The notes below the pieces were generated by a model. The model was not told the origin of the DNA. It was given only the letters and a program-made list of their open reading frames with translations, and ran no database searches. From an uncultured Nitrososphaerales archaeon (GTDB taxonomy: Archaea > Thermoproteota > Nitrososphaeria > Nitrososphaerales > Nitrososphaeraceae), in assembly GCA_963713605.1 (NCBI GenBank), contig CAVQMO010000011.1, positions 1 through 23,185 on the forward strand: a DNA stretch of 23,185 bases. Reading direction: 5' to 3'. Below, in pieces: positions 1-10,232 of the stretch. The translations under genes and the position numbers were made by a program. Each line of letters begins with the position of its first letter. The first letter of the stretch is position 1.

Positions 1-226
1 AGTTTGTCAGTGTCGATGACGAGGCCAGATTGAGTCTTGGATTAGCTTCGAAGAGAGGGAGTTTAAATCGAACTAACTCACTAGTTGAAATTGTATACGA
101 TGGCCGGCTACTTCCATCTATTTTATTAACAAGAGAGAAGAGGTGGATTGACATTAAATGTAGGCTGAGTTTGTCATTTTTATACGATGACAAATCAACT
201 TTTACATCAGTTCAGAACAAATCGGA

Positions 227-1681
227 TCAATTGAGTTTTAAATTATTGATGGCTGACAATGTATCGTTTATTCCTTGAGCAAACAATTTATTTATGCTAC
301 CAGAAGAGTAATCTGCCCATTTCTGAGAGATAGCATCGGGATCATCTTTACGCTCTATACGTATTACTTTCTTTATCGCGAAACGACCCTTCAACAAATC
401 TATATTCCTTCTCCTTTTTCCAGTTCTGAATCTGCTCTCGCCGTATGAATCTAGTATACCTTTAATTTCGGCTTCTGATGCTCCCTTCTCCTTCGCAAAT
501 TTGATTAATCTCTTTGCCAAATCTATATAATCTGTTACGAATTCTGCTACCTTTTGATCATACTTTGTTTTATCATGATATAGCAAGTCATTCTTCCTAT
601 CAATGGCAAGGTCATGATCTTGTGGTATTCCGTGTTCCTCAGTTGGCTATAAGTTCGCTATATATACTTCCAAATCAGGAACTTTCTGTTCATAGTCTTC
701 ATTCAAAATTTCATTCTCCAGGTGTTTGGAATCGATCTCTGATTCCCAATATTTCTTATGCTCTCCTATCAACTCACGTAAAGGAGTATTACTCAATAAT
801 TGACCATCCCAGAAATATCGTTTAACCACCTTATCTTCATCATTTTTGATTAGCCCTGATTTTTCAGCTTCTAAAATTGTATAATCATAGTATATTGGAA
901 CTGATGCACTAGCCATTACGTGTTCTATACTTATACCTTTGTCATATTTTATGATAAGACCCTCTTCATCATCATACTCTGTTTTCCATTGATACATAAC
1001 ATTATTTTTATTATCTTTTACAGCCTTTGCATAGCTATCAAACGTAACGACTGCTCCCTTTTGTATATCTACAGTAACAAGAAGAAGTCTGGGTTGACCG
1101 TCTTTAAGACTCGTCTTTATTGGAGAATTGTCATAATCCCAATATTTTTTTATAATACTTCTTAAGGGATCGTTGGAGTAACGGTACCAAGTGTTTAAAG
1201 GATCAAAGAATTTAGTATCCATTTTTGAAGGTAATGGATGATATACATTTTTTGCTCCTGCTGCCAGTAGTTGTTTTACCGAATAATATCTTCTAGCAGC
1301 TTCGCTAGATGCTGAAGAGAGAATGTTACCATATTTCCACCAGTATTCATAGTAGGGATTTTCTACAGAGGTTATAGTAGAAGTATCTTCCTTCCAAAAA
1401 TGTTCGAGCATTGCATCTGAACCATTCCAACTTTCCTTTCTGCTCTTACCCTTCTTCCTGTTTTCTAAAACGTGATTTACTAGAAGTACAGCATTTATTG
1501 CACCTATAGACGTACCGGCTATGATATCAAATACATTGTCATCTTTATCTATCCGTTCACTTATCTTTTGATAGAGCGCCTTATATGCACCAGCTTCATA
1601 AGCGCCAAGTGATCCTCCCCCCTGAAGAACAAGAACTCTGTGAAGTCCTTTTATGGGTATCTGGATCGATATCTTTTCCAA
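227..1681 (-). pseudogene. Patatin-like phospholipase interrupted by one in-frame TAG at 647-649
   Basis: Motifs LVLQGGGSLG, GTSIG and FWDGQ. ORFs 647..1681 and 227..586 are in the same frame, and the gap reads YIANL*PTEEHGIPQDHDLAIDRKNDLLYHDKT with no other stop. Confidence 0.88.
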
Positions 1682-2155
1682 GTGGTTTCATATATACAGT
1701 CACTCAAAAATGACGCCTTTAATTAAATGCTTCCAAAAACATTCGATATTGCTGTGTCGGCAAACTAGCTTAATTTGCATTGTAGTCAATATGGGTACGA
1801 GAGCTTCTTCAAAGCACGGAAAGGGTTAGAGTGATGATGACATCTAAAATTCGTACCACTTTCCCGTAGTAGAATGTCTTACAAATGGCGTATCCGATAT
1901 ATTGCATGCTACTCAGTCCAACTTAGCTAATGTATCTCTACATAATCAAATACGTTAGAATAATATTTTAGCCACCTAGAATTCTCGATAGATTTAGGAT
2001 AGAACGGTCCTTGCCATGAAATGATGAGTAGCTCCAACCTGAACATTCTATGTAATATCGCATTCGTTGTTGCGATATGCCTATTCATGTGTATAACAAC
2101 ACTAACAGATAATCATTCAATATTTCGAGGTTAGAGCTATGGCTCAGCAAAAGAT

Positions 2156-2527
2156 TTATTCCACACAGATCCCCGGTATGGCAACTTTCTTGAACAGATG
2201 GGGAGATGCCATTGTGCTGGGAGGATAATCAGACATCCTGTCTTGTGGATTCATAACATTATTTACCGCAGCCTTAAATTGTGCTGTGGATTCCCAAACG
2301 GCATAGTTAATGAAGGTACCGCTTTCACCTATACCTTTGTGTAGTTGCGTTGAGATAAACCCTGGCTGCGTCTTAAATTTCTCAGCTTCGATTGCCCATC
2401 CTTTGAGAAACTGATCAAATTCCTGAGGATCTACACTAAATTTGTTTATCAATATAACTGGACCAATGTCTTCTTCCATCTGCGTGAAGATTGGCACGCG
2501 TTCATCCATCTCAACTAACTTTGCCAT
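2156..2527 (-). CDS. Antibiotic biosynthesis monooxygenase (ABM) family protein
   Basis: 123 aa with ABM hallmarks LINKFSV, QPGFISTQLHKG and FINYAVWES. Confidence 0.9.
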   Translation of the reverse strand: MAKLVEMDERVPIFTQMEEDIGPVILINKFSVDPQEFDQFLKGWAIEAEKFKTQPGFISTQLHKGIGESGTFINYAVWESTAQFKAAVNNVMNPQDRMSDYPPSTMASPHLFKKVAIPGICVE

Positions 2528-2554
2528 ATTAAACTAGGATTCACCCCAAAGCCT

Positions 2555-2567
2555 TAAATAAAGTTTT
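2555..2567 (-). promoter_or_regulatory. Putative archaeal BRE/TATA box for the ABM gene
   Basis: The minus strand reads AAAAC-TTTATTTA about 28 nt before the ATG at 2527, a spacing typical of near-leaderless archaeal transcripts. Confidence 0.5.
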
Positions 2568-2677
2568 GAAGTCTAATGACCCAATCTAATAATCCTTATG
2601 CAAGGCCGAAGTTATCATCATTATTTTCTCATGACGTATTCGTATTTCTTTCAAATGCTATTTCATTAAATAGCCTT

Positions 2678-2941
2678 CTAGCTTGAAAGAAAAGATTTGT
2701 TCTCTTCATTTGCTTTGAGTTTGCCTAGTTCCTTGTAATGATGAAATAAAATAGACATAATTATAGGTTGTATTCGTACAGGATTAGCACAGCATACGCA
2801 TGCAGAATTATACAAAACAGATAATAAAAACATATTATCAAACACCTTTCTATCAGCCTTGGGAAGCGCTCTTCGAAAGTTCTTCCATTCCATATATTCC
2901 ATTTTGCTGGCTATACGAAATGAGGGTATAGTTCTTCCCAT
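2678..2941 (-). CDS. Small conserved archaeal hypothetical protein (MGRTIPSFR type)
   Basis: MGRTIPSFRIA...EWKNFRRALPKADRKVFDNMF resembles a recurrent archaeal family. The ATG at 2941 is preferred over the ORF-track start at 2962. Confidence 0.7.
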   Translation of the reverse strand: MGRTIPSFRIASKMEYMEWKNFRRALPKADRKVFDNMFLLSVLYNSACVCCANPVRIQPIIMSILFHHYKELGKLKANEENKSFLSS

Positions 2942-3396
2942 GTCTATTATTACAATGAACATGAGTACCTAATAACTTGGCTAGGTAGGAATACTTACGC
3001 ATATCGCAAGTAGACCTTAGGGTGAGCATCAGCAGTTAGTTTTTTCATCCTAAGTTTATCGACTGTTTCATTTTTCTGAGTTAGGATCTATAATGCTGTA
3101 GTTCTAATTTTAGATATATTCTATAAGAGATCATAAGCCTTGCAATAAAATTAGAGAATAATAGATCTATATCTAGAAGGCATCTAGCGAAAGATTAGAT
3201 CGCTATCTTATCAAATCTGACAAGTACTAATATCAATACTTTTCTAATAGTCAGGAGGATCGGATTTAGTAATAACTATTTCTTCGCTGTTATGCAGTTA
3301 GTACATGCCACAGACTAAAGAATGCATTTGTGATCGGCTAATGACTAATTCCAATACAGCCAAATTTGTGATAATCGGTTCGAGAATAGAACTCCG

Positions 3397-3603
3397 ATGC
3401 CTAACAATGAAAAAAACATGGTCGAAGATGAGGCAATAGCACCATTTACAACGGAAGCGGGCGGTACAGGACATATATCAGTTAAAGGAAAGAATAATCG
3501 GATTATAGATTATAATGTGATTAGATACGTCCATTCTGTGCTAAAGAAATTAAAATCATTAGACAATACGTTTAACCTTCAGATTCAGCTAGCTTTGATT
3601 TAA
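3397..3603 (+). CDS. Hypothetical protein, possibly a fragment
   Basis: 68-aa ATG ORF with no recognisable motif. It overlaps the 3' end of the opposite-strand gene. Confidence 0.3.
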   Translation: MPNNEKNMVEDEAIAPFTTEAGGTGHISVKGKNNRIIDYNVIRYVHSVLKKLKSLDNTFNLQIQLALI

Positions 3604-4232
3604 TAAAATCATAAAAATTACCTATATTTTTCTGAAACACAATTCTGTCAAATCCCTGTTGGCTTATCAGCTGAATATCTTTTGATACAGTTTCTTCTAT
3701 TTCTTTTTGCATACTAATACGATCCCATTTGATTATTTCAGATAGCACAGGTTCATTAAAATACTTGTAGGCCGCTTCCGCTTTTTTCTCTTTTGATTTG
3801 GCACTCTCTTCTCTATTTCTTAGAATCGAATAAAGGTCAGATTTTGATATACTTACTTTTCCTTCTAATGCTATTATGTGTGCTATTTCATGGCCTATCA
3901 CTCCAGTTAAGTATTCAGACAGTCTTTCAATAAGTGTCAAAGTTGGATATATAGCAAGCATTTCAAAGTTGCTTTTATCTGGATATACGATACTATAAAA
4001 TAGCACCCTTACCATTTTTGCATGAACAGTATATGTCTTTGTGATCATAAATGGAATTGGATAAACATTTGGAATATAAGGTAGAACTTTCTCATTTAAT
4101 GATTCAATCACTTGATTGTATGCTAGTTCAATTGTTTTCTTTATCTTTTCAAAATGTACGAGTTGATCCTCAGGGTACGTATTCTGATGAAACTATTGAT
4201 ATGGTATTCCTCGGTCGTTTAATTGTTGCCAT
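3572..4232 (-). pseudogene. HExxH-motif (zincin-like) protein with an N-terminal frameshift near 4173
   Basis: GVIGHEIAHII motif. The ATG at 4232 gives MATIKRPRNTISIVSSEYVP*. Removing one base at 4173-4175 joins it to EDQLVHFEKIKKTIELAYNQVIESLNEK and the 179-aa ORF. Confidence 0.62.
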
Positions 4233-4241
4233 AAGAGAACG

Positions 4242-4827
4242 TTAATATTGTTTGATTCCTGACTGAATCCAAAGATTTTCAAAAATGGAAGCGTAAGATA
4301 ATACTGTCGATTCACTATTTGAGTACGTAGCAATGCCTACTGGATCTTCATATTTCTTCTCTTCTACTACCAACGATAATTCATTGTCTACTATTATCAT
4401 AGTCAATCTGCTAGATGGTAATTGGTCAGTATAATGAATTTGAAGATTCGGATTCGGAGAGGAGGAAATTCCTTGCCATGCTCCTTGTGGTGGACTGTCT
4501 TTCTCAGATAGTAATATCCTCACAGTAACCCTGTTCTCTAATTGTCTATTTATTAGTTACAGGATGTCCTGGTATAACGAACATGGATGGACCTTCTGCA
4601 TCTACACAAACATCACAACCGTGTTTTAGTGAATAGAATGTGTCTACAGCCCTCTGAATAATCCTATCGGAATCGTAAATTACATTCGTGGCTTCAGGAT
4701 AATCTTCCCATGAAGAAGCCATAACCTTAACAGAATGAAAAACTATATTAGAATTCTGTTGGCCTTTAAGCATTGTTATATCAATGCTAGAGTCGTTTAT
4801 TACTAGCAAGATAATATAGGCAAGCAA
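4242..4827 (-). pseudogene. Deleted remnant of the N-terminal (TrmB/PLD-like) region of a Nitrososphaeraceae-type sensor histidine kinase
   Basis: Two out-of-frame ORFs (4546..4827 and 4242..4523). The second has VRILL...IIVDNELSLVVEEK...GIATYSNSESTVLSYASIFENLW, and no kinase domain follows. Confidence 0.65.
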
Positions 4828-4832
4828 TTTCC

Positions 4833-5805
4833 ATGGCTTTTCTTTATGAAACTAATATCCTCAACCAACCCCTTGAATGGAGAAGGATTCTAGATATTTC
4901 ACTTCCTTCTAGATTGTCTACTCTTGACTTCAAAAGAATCTGCTTTGTAGGAATCGGCAGTAGCTTCTGGGCAGCTAAAATCGCCGAATTTCTGTGGAGA
5001 GAGTATGTAAATATTGATGCTATCGCTGTACAAAGCTACGACTTTGTCAATTCAAGGCATTTCGTATCTCCAGATGACATAGTAGTTACCTTTTCACACC
5101 GAGGTACCAAGACCTATAATAGAAGAGCTTTAGAGATAGCGAAGGAACATTATAGTGCTACTACTGTTCTCATCACAGGCTTGCAAAGCTCAATTTCTCC
5201 TTATGCAGATATAAGAGTGAAAACATGTCCGCAAGAAAACTGCGGTTCTTTCACGATATCTCTTACCTCTGCTATAGTTCGGATCCTGCAATGGATTGAT
5301 TTGTATTCAGAAGGGCTTATCGAAAGATTCAAAATCTGGCTGCAATTATTTAGGCTTCCTTTTAATATCCAGAGGCTACCGAAATTTCCCGAGAAGCTAA
5401 TTTTAGTGGGAGATTTAATCAGGGAACCTATAGCTCATGAAGTTGCGCTTAAGATTTCTGAAACTTCGTACTTGCCAGTCAGAAGTTACGGTATAGAACA
5501 GTTTCTGCATGGTCCAAGAGTTACTCTTGACAGAGAATCAAGCCTAATAGCGTTTACTTCAAAATCACAATACAGACAGGATACTCTAATAAAATATACA
5601 AACGCCATAGGTGCAGAATTGATGGAGATAAACGATGAGCAGCAATCGTTCGCTTCGTTATCTTATGAGTTTAACTGGCTAGCCCAACTTGTGTGGGGGC
5701 AACAACTTGCCTTAGAATTAGCGAAACGAGTCGGGTACTAATCCAGATACTGTAAGAAAGGATCAAGTCCTTTATGCTAATGCTGGAAAAGATATATCGC
5801 TATAG
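4833..5805 (+). pseudogene. SIS-domain sugar-phosphate isomerase/deaminase (GlmS isomerase-like) with a frameshift near the C-terminus
   Basis: FVGIGSS, FSHRG and EQFLHGP motifs. The ORF stops at 5741, but deleting one G of GGG (5733-5735) gives the expected tail GTNPDTVRKDQVLYANAGKDISL*, ending at 5805. Confidence 0.8.
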
Positions 5806-5979
5806 ACTCATGACTATAAGCATCAATCACTAATAATTAAATTGATAGAATTTAGAAAAGCTATTGGTCTATAATAGCAATTAATATTCTATATCAAGAA
5901 TTATCATGTCGTAGTAATCTGGTTAGTGAACTATACATATATAGTTGAGCCATGATTTCGTTACTCGTTACTTGCAAAA

Positions 5980-6254
5980 CTATTTTTTCTTATTGTAATA
6001 CGACCATAAATCTTCCATGACAATCTTAAACCTATTCTGTAGACTGTCAAGTCTTGGCTCCATTCTTTTATCATCTTGGTGAGTATCGATAAGATATCTA
6101 TATCCACTGTCAATCGCTTTTAGGTAAGCGTATACATATGACTCTACCGGTATATCCCTTGCTGTACTTTCATGCCCTTCGCGTTCCTCTAGCTCTTGTA
6201 CACCATTTCACCTTTGCTAATTATGATCTCTTCCAACTCTTTATCATTGGACAT
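5980..6254 (-). pseudogene. Small hypothetical helical protein (about 91 aa) with a 1-nt deletion near 6200; absent from the ORF track
   Basis: The ATG at 6254 gives MSNDKELEEIIISKGEMV. A shifted frame continues VQELEEREGHESTARDIPVESYVYAYLKAIDSGYRYL...DLWSYYNKKK* to TAG at 5980-5982. The 275-nt span is one base short of a multiple of three. Confidence 0.55.
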
Positions 6255-6807
6255 GTATGCCCAGCGTATTGGACACAAATATAAAATATGGGTTTTCTGC
6301 AGAATCCCTTGGTCAGACAACGCTAAAATCTTATTTTTTAGAACGTTTGGTCGATGAAGGTCTAAATAACCTGCCTTCTGGCGTTGAATGTGTTGAATTC
6401 ATCAAATAAATATTCATTAGTATCATGAATATATGTTACCTTAATTTGTCGAAGATGAATCTATTTGAACTGATTCATAATGGTTCCTATTTCGCTTTCA
6501 GTTATGTGAAGGTTATTTATCCTGCTTATCAAACACGTTATTATTACATTGTTTTCAGACGGGTACGTCCGTGCTAACACCTCAATATTAACTGTAAAAT
6601 TGTTAACGAACATTGCAGTATTTGAATGTAATCAAGATAATCTCTGAATATTGATGATCCTTCTAGTAAAATGGATACTTCTAAGATCACATAGTTATAC
6701 TTGATGCGATATATGAATACTTTAATTAAACACATACTAATGGTAATATTAGTAGTAATAGAGGGTTCACATAAATATCTAGTTTACATTTTCTGTTTGA
6801 TTCTATT

Positions 6808-7107
6808 ATGAAATACAGAAGTAGAACTGAAATTGTTGGCCTCATCCTAGAGGCCACAAATGGAGGAGGAGCAACTAAGACAAAAATAATGTACAAAGCA
6901 TTTCTATCATTTGCTCAGCTCCGAGAATACCTTACAATGTTGCAAGACAACGAACTTATCGAATACGAGGAAGGAAAACACGCTTATAGAACTACAGAGA
7001 AAGGCATGAAATTGCTGGAACTCTACGAAAATATGTCTGAATTAGTGCCACCACTTGCCCCGACCGTAGAAGGCAAGTTCGCCAGCATCGGAGGTTACTA
7101 TAAATGA
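6808..7107 (+). CDS. Winged helix-turn-helix transcription regulator (HTH_45 type)
   Basis: MKYRSRTEIV..IL...ATKTKIMYKAFLSFAQLREYL...YRTTEKG is the signature of this archaeal wHTH family. Confidence 0.92.
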   Translation: MKYRSRTEIVGLILEATNGGGATKTKIMYKAFLSFAQLREYLTMLQDNELIEYEEGKHAYRTTEKGMKLLELYENMSELVPPLAPTVEGKFASIGGYYK

Positions 7108-8111
7108 ATCAAATAAATACAACAAGAACGATACTAGCAGTAATAATCGCGGCAGCATTAGTAGTATCGGTAAGTAGTTTGACTGCACCAGCGGATGCAA
7201 CAAAACCGAAACACAATGATGATGATGATGATAACGGTAACAATAGTGGAGGAGATAATGTTGTTAATACGCTCCCACAGCAACCACAATTAGCACCACT
7301 AGGCATGGGCATCAGTCCTAATGCTGGAGATAGTGTTGGTGGCGATGACACTGCTTCGCAGCAAGCACAACCTCAAGCTCAACCACAGCAACAAGCACAA
7401 CAACCTCAAGCACAACAAGCACAACCACAACAAGCAGCATCAACAAACGCAGCATGTGGACAAGTGGTAAGCGGAGTAGTAAATCTAACTGCAAATCTTA
7501 ACTGCAATAGTGGAGATGGTATCATAGTAGGTGGTCCAAACACAGTAATTAACATGAATGGATTCTCAATCACAGGACCTGGACAGGACAGCTCTAAAGT
7601 TGGGATTATGGTAACCAACATCGATAATGTAGTAGTAAATGGACCTGGTTCACTCAGCAACTTCCAAGCAGGAGTACTTCTTACTGGAGCAAATGGATTT
7701 ACGATTAATTCTGTCATACTATCTAACAACCAGATAGGTACATTTATGACAGGAGCTGAAAATGCACAAGTAAAACAAAACATCATACAGGGTAATAGTA
7801 TAGGTGTAGCATCTCACTCAAGTACAGGTGGTGCTATAGACTCAAACCTTATGAATGGCAACTTGCTAGCAGGAATAACATTTGTCAACACACAACAGTC
7901 CAGTGTAGGAATGAACAATGTAGTTGGAAGTCAGAATGGAGTATTTCTAGATGGACAGAGCAAACAGAATACAATATCAGCAAATAACGTACTGGAAAAC
8001 ATAATCGACATCAATAATGCCAATGGCCTACCAACAAACATCAACGCAAATCAATTTGCGGACAACAGTTGTCAAACAAGTAATCCAAGTGGTCTGTGTA
8101 TAGGAAGGTAA
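7104..8111 (+). CDS. Secreted right-handed parallel beta-helix protein (NosD/pectin-lyase-like fold) with a Gln-rich linker
   Basis: N-terminal signal peptide, an Asp run, a Q/A/P linker, then ACGQVV..VNLTANLNC followed by G-I-x-L/N-N-x-I beta-helix repeats. ATGA overlap with the wHTH stop. Confidence 0.88.
   Translation: MNQINTTRTILAVIIAAALVVSVSSLTAPADATKPKHNDDDDDNGNNSGGDNVVNTLPQQPQLAPLGMGISPNAGDSVGGDDTASQQAQPQAQPQQQAQQPQAQQAQPQQAASTNAACGQVVSGVVNLTANLNCNSGDGIIVGGPNTVINMNGFSITGPGQDSSKVGIMVTNIDNVVVNGPGSLSNFQAGVLLTGANGFTINSVILSNNQIGTFMTGAENAQVKQNIIQGNSIGVASHSSTGGAIDSNLMNGNLLAGITFVNTQQSSVGMNNVVGSQNGVFLDGQSKQNTISANNVLENIIDINNANGLPTNINANQFADNSCQTSNPSGLCIGR
7359..7437 (+). repeat. Imperfect coding repeat (CAAGCACAA/CAACCTCAA units) encoding QQAQPQ
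   Basis: Directly visible, encoding QQAQPQAQPQQQAQQPQAQQAQPQQA. Confidence 0.85.
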
Positions 8112-8146
8112 TAAGTAATAACAGGTAGAAGTAGACTCCGACTCAC

Positions 8147-8158
8147 TTTTTTTCTTTT
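8147..8158 (+). terminator. Putative archaeal oligo-T terminator
   Basis: TTTTTTTCTTTT about 35 nt after the beta-helix gene stop. Confidence 0.55.
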
Positions 8159-8170
8159 CCGCCAAATCTG

Positions 8171-8226
8171 TTAAATAAAATCAGAGAGGTTTGTTTGCTT
8201 TGTTTTGATCAGAGTTGCATTATGAT
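8171..8226 (-). repeat. Dispersed repeat A, copy 1: 3' gene remnant encoding HNATLIKTKQTNLSDFI*
   Basis: 8177-8226 matches 19178-19227 at 46/50 positions. Confidence 0.85.
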
Positions 8227-8371
8227 CTTTTCTGCTTCCTCAAGACCTAATAATTGTCTAACTGACAGTAGTATACAAAATGCAGTTATGTGTCAGTTTT
8301 TTATTTTCGTAATCTTACTTGATTATAGGTGCTGACTGTAACGCGAGAGAAATAAAATATTTTACGAAGGA

Positions 8372-8971
8372 ATGCAAACAGCGCTAAGAGAAGGAACAAT
8401 AGATGAAGAAGGTATTGTACATTTTGTAGAGATCTGCTACTGCCTAGAAGGAGGACTATATCCTATGGCTATGGAAATTCCTGTACTAAAGGAATATTTT
8501 GAAGATATAGTCGAAGTAAAAGATGCGCGCTTAAGAGATCAATGTACAATGGAATGTGAATTCTGTGATTGTACTCGAAACATCAGATTACCGGGGAAGT
8601 CCATTGTGAATGAATTGCAAATTAATAATGAACAGAAAGCCGAGGAATTTGTCGATATAGGCAGATTGAGGTTAAACAGAAAGAAGCAAAAAGAAGGGTT
8701 TGAAGGACTAAGAGATGCTTTAAATAATTTTGACAGGATAAGTGGCAAATTAAAGCCTATATTTGCTGGAGCCGCGATTTCAGGTCTATTTGTGATCCTC
8801 TATGATGTAGTTAATCAAGAGTATTTTAGGGTAAAAAATATTCCAGATACAATCGAAACACAGAAGCTATTGAATAAATTAGGAGTAACGATCAATGATA
8901 CTATTGATTCTATGAAAATGACCGCTCTAAATTCACTTGCCCGTACTGATGAGCGTTCAAATGTCGTTTAG
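8372..8971 (+). CDS. Cys-containing hypothetical protein, probably 5'-truncated
   Basis: FVEICYC...EYFEDIVEVKDAR.RDQC..ECEFCDCT suggests metal binding. The frame is open only 10 codons upstream of the ATG. Confidence 0.6.
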   Translation: MQTALREGTIDEEGIVHFVEICYCLEGGLYPMAMEIPVLKEYFEDIVEVKDARLRDQCTMECEFCDCTRNIRLPGKSIVNELQINNEQKAEEFVDIGRLRLNRKKQKEGFEGLRDALNNFDRISGKLKPIFAGAAISGLFVILYDVVNQEYFRVKNIPDTIETQKLLNKLGVTINDTIDSMKMTALNSLARTDERSNVV

Positions 8972-9065
8972 TATATGTCATATAATTTAAACTCCCTACG
9001 TACAGTTTTTCCTTCCATGACCACTAGATCTAGATCCTATCTTAATTTTTATTTTTATTCTTAAC

Positions 9066-9118
9066 TTCTATCTTGGCATCGTTGTAGGAAGCTTAGATTT
9101 TCCAATGTACACCTTAGC
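9066..9118 (-). repeat. Dispersed repeat B, copy 1: 3' gene remnant encoding AKVYIGKSKLPTTMPR*
   Basis: 9066-9099 matches 15000-15033 at 32/34 positions, and both copies end in the same TAG. Confidence 0.8.
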
Positions 9119-9200
9119 AGATATGGGGTCAATTTAGATACCTCTTGCATCCTAAACGGCATCATTTTAAATCAGACAGATATTTGCCTGAATTATAATC

Positions 9201-10058
9201 TCATTTTTTAGACCCTTTGGTAGACACCGGTTTAGCTAGGCTCGCTTTCAATGCAGCTACCAAATCCCGTGTTTCTTTCGGTGCTTTTGTAGTTTGCTTT
9301 ATTAAGTGTGCTTTGCCTTTTGCTTTTGCATTGATCAGCTTTTCTAGTTGCTCAGTGTACTCATCTTCATAACGGGAGATATCAAATTCTTTGTTTGTTA
9401 GATTTTCAACCAGTAATTCACCTAACGAACTTTCTTTTTCATCTATAAAGGGAACCTTTGCTTCAGATATTTCTTTGATGACTTCTAGAGGTTTTATTTC
9501 GCTTAAATAATGCAGGGTATGTAGAACAAGCCCTCTTTGATATGCTCGAATAGCAACCAAATGCTCCCTCTCACTTCTAAGGACGACTTTACCTATTGCT
9601 GCTTTTTTCTTATCATGCAATACTTTTACTAGAAGAGAATATGCTTTGTCTTGAGTGCTTACGGAAGAGGAAGCTCTTACTCTTCTTCTTCCTCCCTTAT
9701 TTGATACAGAATCAGGTGCAATGTAATAGCTCTTTTCAACAAATAGTGGATCGAGCTGTTGTTCATCGATAAATTCCTTGATATCTATAGTCTTTGTGCC
9801 CTCTATAGCTATCCTGTCTAAATCTTGCTTCTCAATTACAATATACTGATCTTTAGCAATCTCGTATCCTTTCTTTATTTCAGAATAAGGCACCTCTCTT
9901 TCTTCAACTGGGCACCATTTTTTATATCGTATTCTATGTCCTTGAGCATCAAGTTGATTAAATGAAAAATCCTTTGAAGTATCGGTTGCTGTATATAGCT
10001 TGATAGGGATATTGACTAGTCCGAATGAAATACTTCCGGTCCATACTGTTGAAACCAA
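9201..10058 (-). CDS. ku: Prokaryotic non-homologous end-joining protein Ku
   Basis: WTGSISFGLVNIPIKLY, IKKGYE, TIDIKEF, SYYIAP, and the DLVAALKASL tail with a basic C-terminus. TTG start. Confidence 0.96.
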   Translation of the reverse strand: MVSTVWTGSISFGLVNIPIKLYTATDTSKDFSFNQLDAQGHRIRYKKWCPVEEREVPYSEIKKGYEIAKDQYIVIEKQDLDRIAIEGTKTIDIKEFIDEQQLDPLFVEKSYYIAPDSVSNKGGRRRVRASSSVSTQDKAYSLLVKVLHDKKKAAIGKVVLRSEREHLVAIRAYQRGLVLHTLHYLSEIKPLEVIKEISEAKVPFIDEKESSLGELLVENLTNKEFDISRYEDEYTEQLEKLINAKAKGKAHLIKQTTKAPKETRDLVAALKASLAKPVSTKGSKK

Positions 10059-10232
10059 GAGATCAGTTAATCTTGAGCTATAATTGTAATAAGCTCAGCT
10101 AGCTATAGTCAGGTAATCAAATTACATTACAACATTATGTAATAATAAACAGGCAGAATCATGTATAGTTTCCTTTTTGTCTATATAGTTTTCTTAAATG
10201 TAAAGAGTTAAACTACATAAAATTTGATATTT

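Noticed and set aside
30..278. 82-aa ORF at the window edge
   Set aside because: No recognisable motif. The frame may enter from outside the window, so it cannot be assigned.
647..649. Amber recoding (pyrrolysine or readthrough) in the patatin gene
   Set aside because: TAG ends several other genes here (for example at 2678, 8971, 12200 and 14682), other remnants carry internal TAA or TGA, and no pyl genes are visible. A nonsense mutation is simpler.
514..1165. Plus-strand ORFs 514..825 and 920..1165
   Set aside because: Antisense shadows of the patatin gene with no motifs.
7359..7437. Possible CRISPR-like or non-coding array
   Set aside because: In-frame low-complexity coding repeat with no unique spacers.
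7109..7786. Minus-strand ORFs with Cys/Ala-rich ends
   Set aside because: Antisense to the beta-helix gene. The Cys runs are the complement of Gln/Ala codon repeats.
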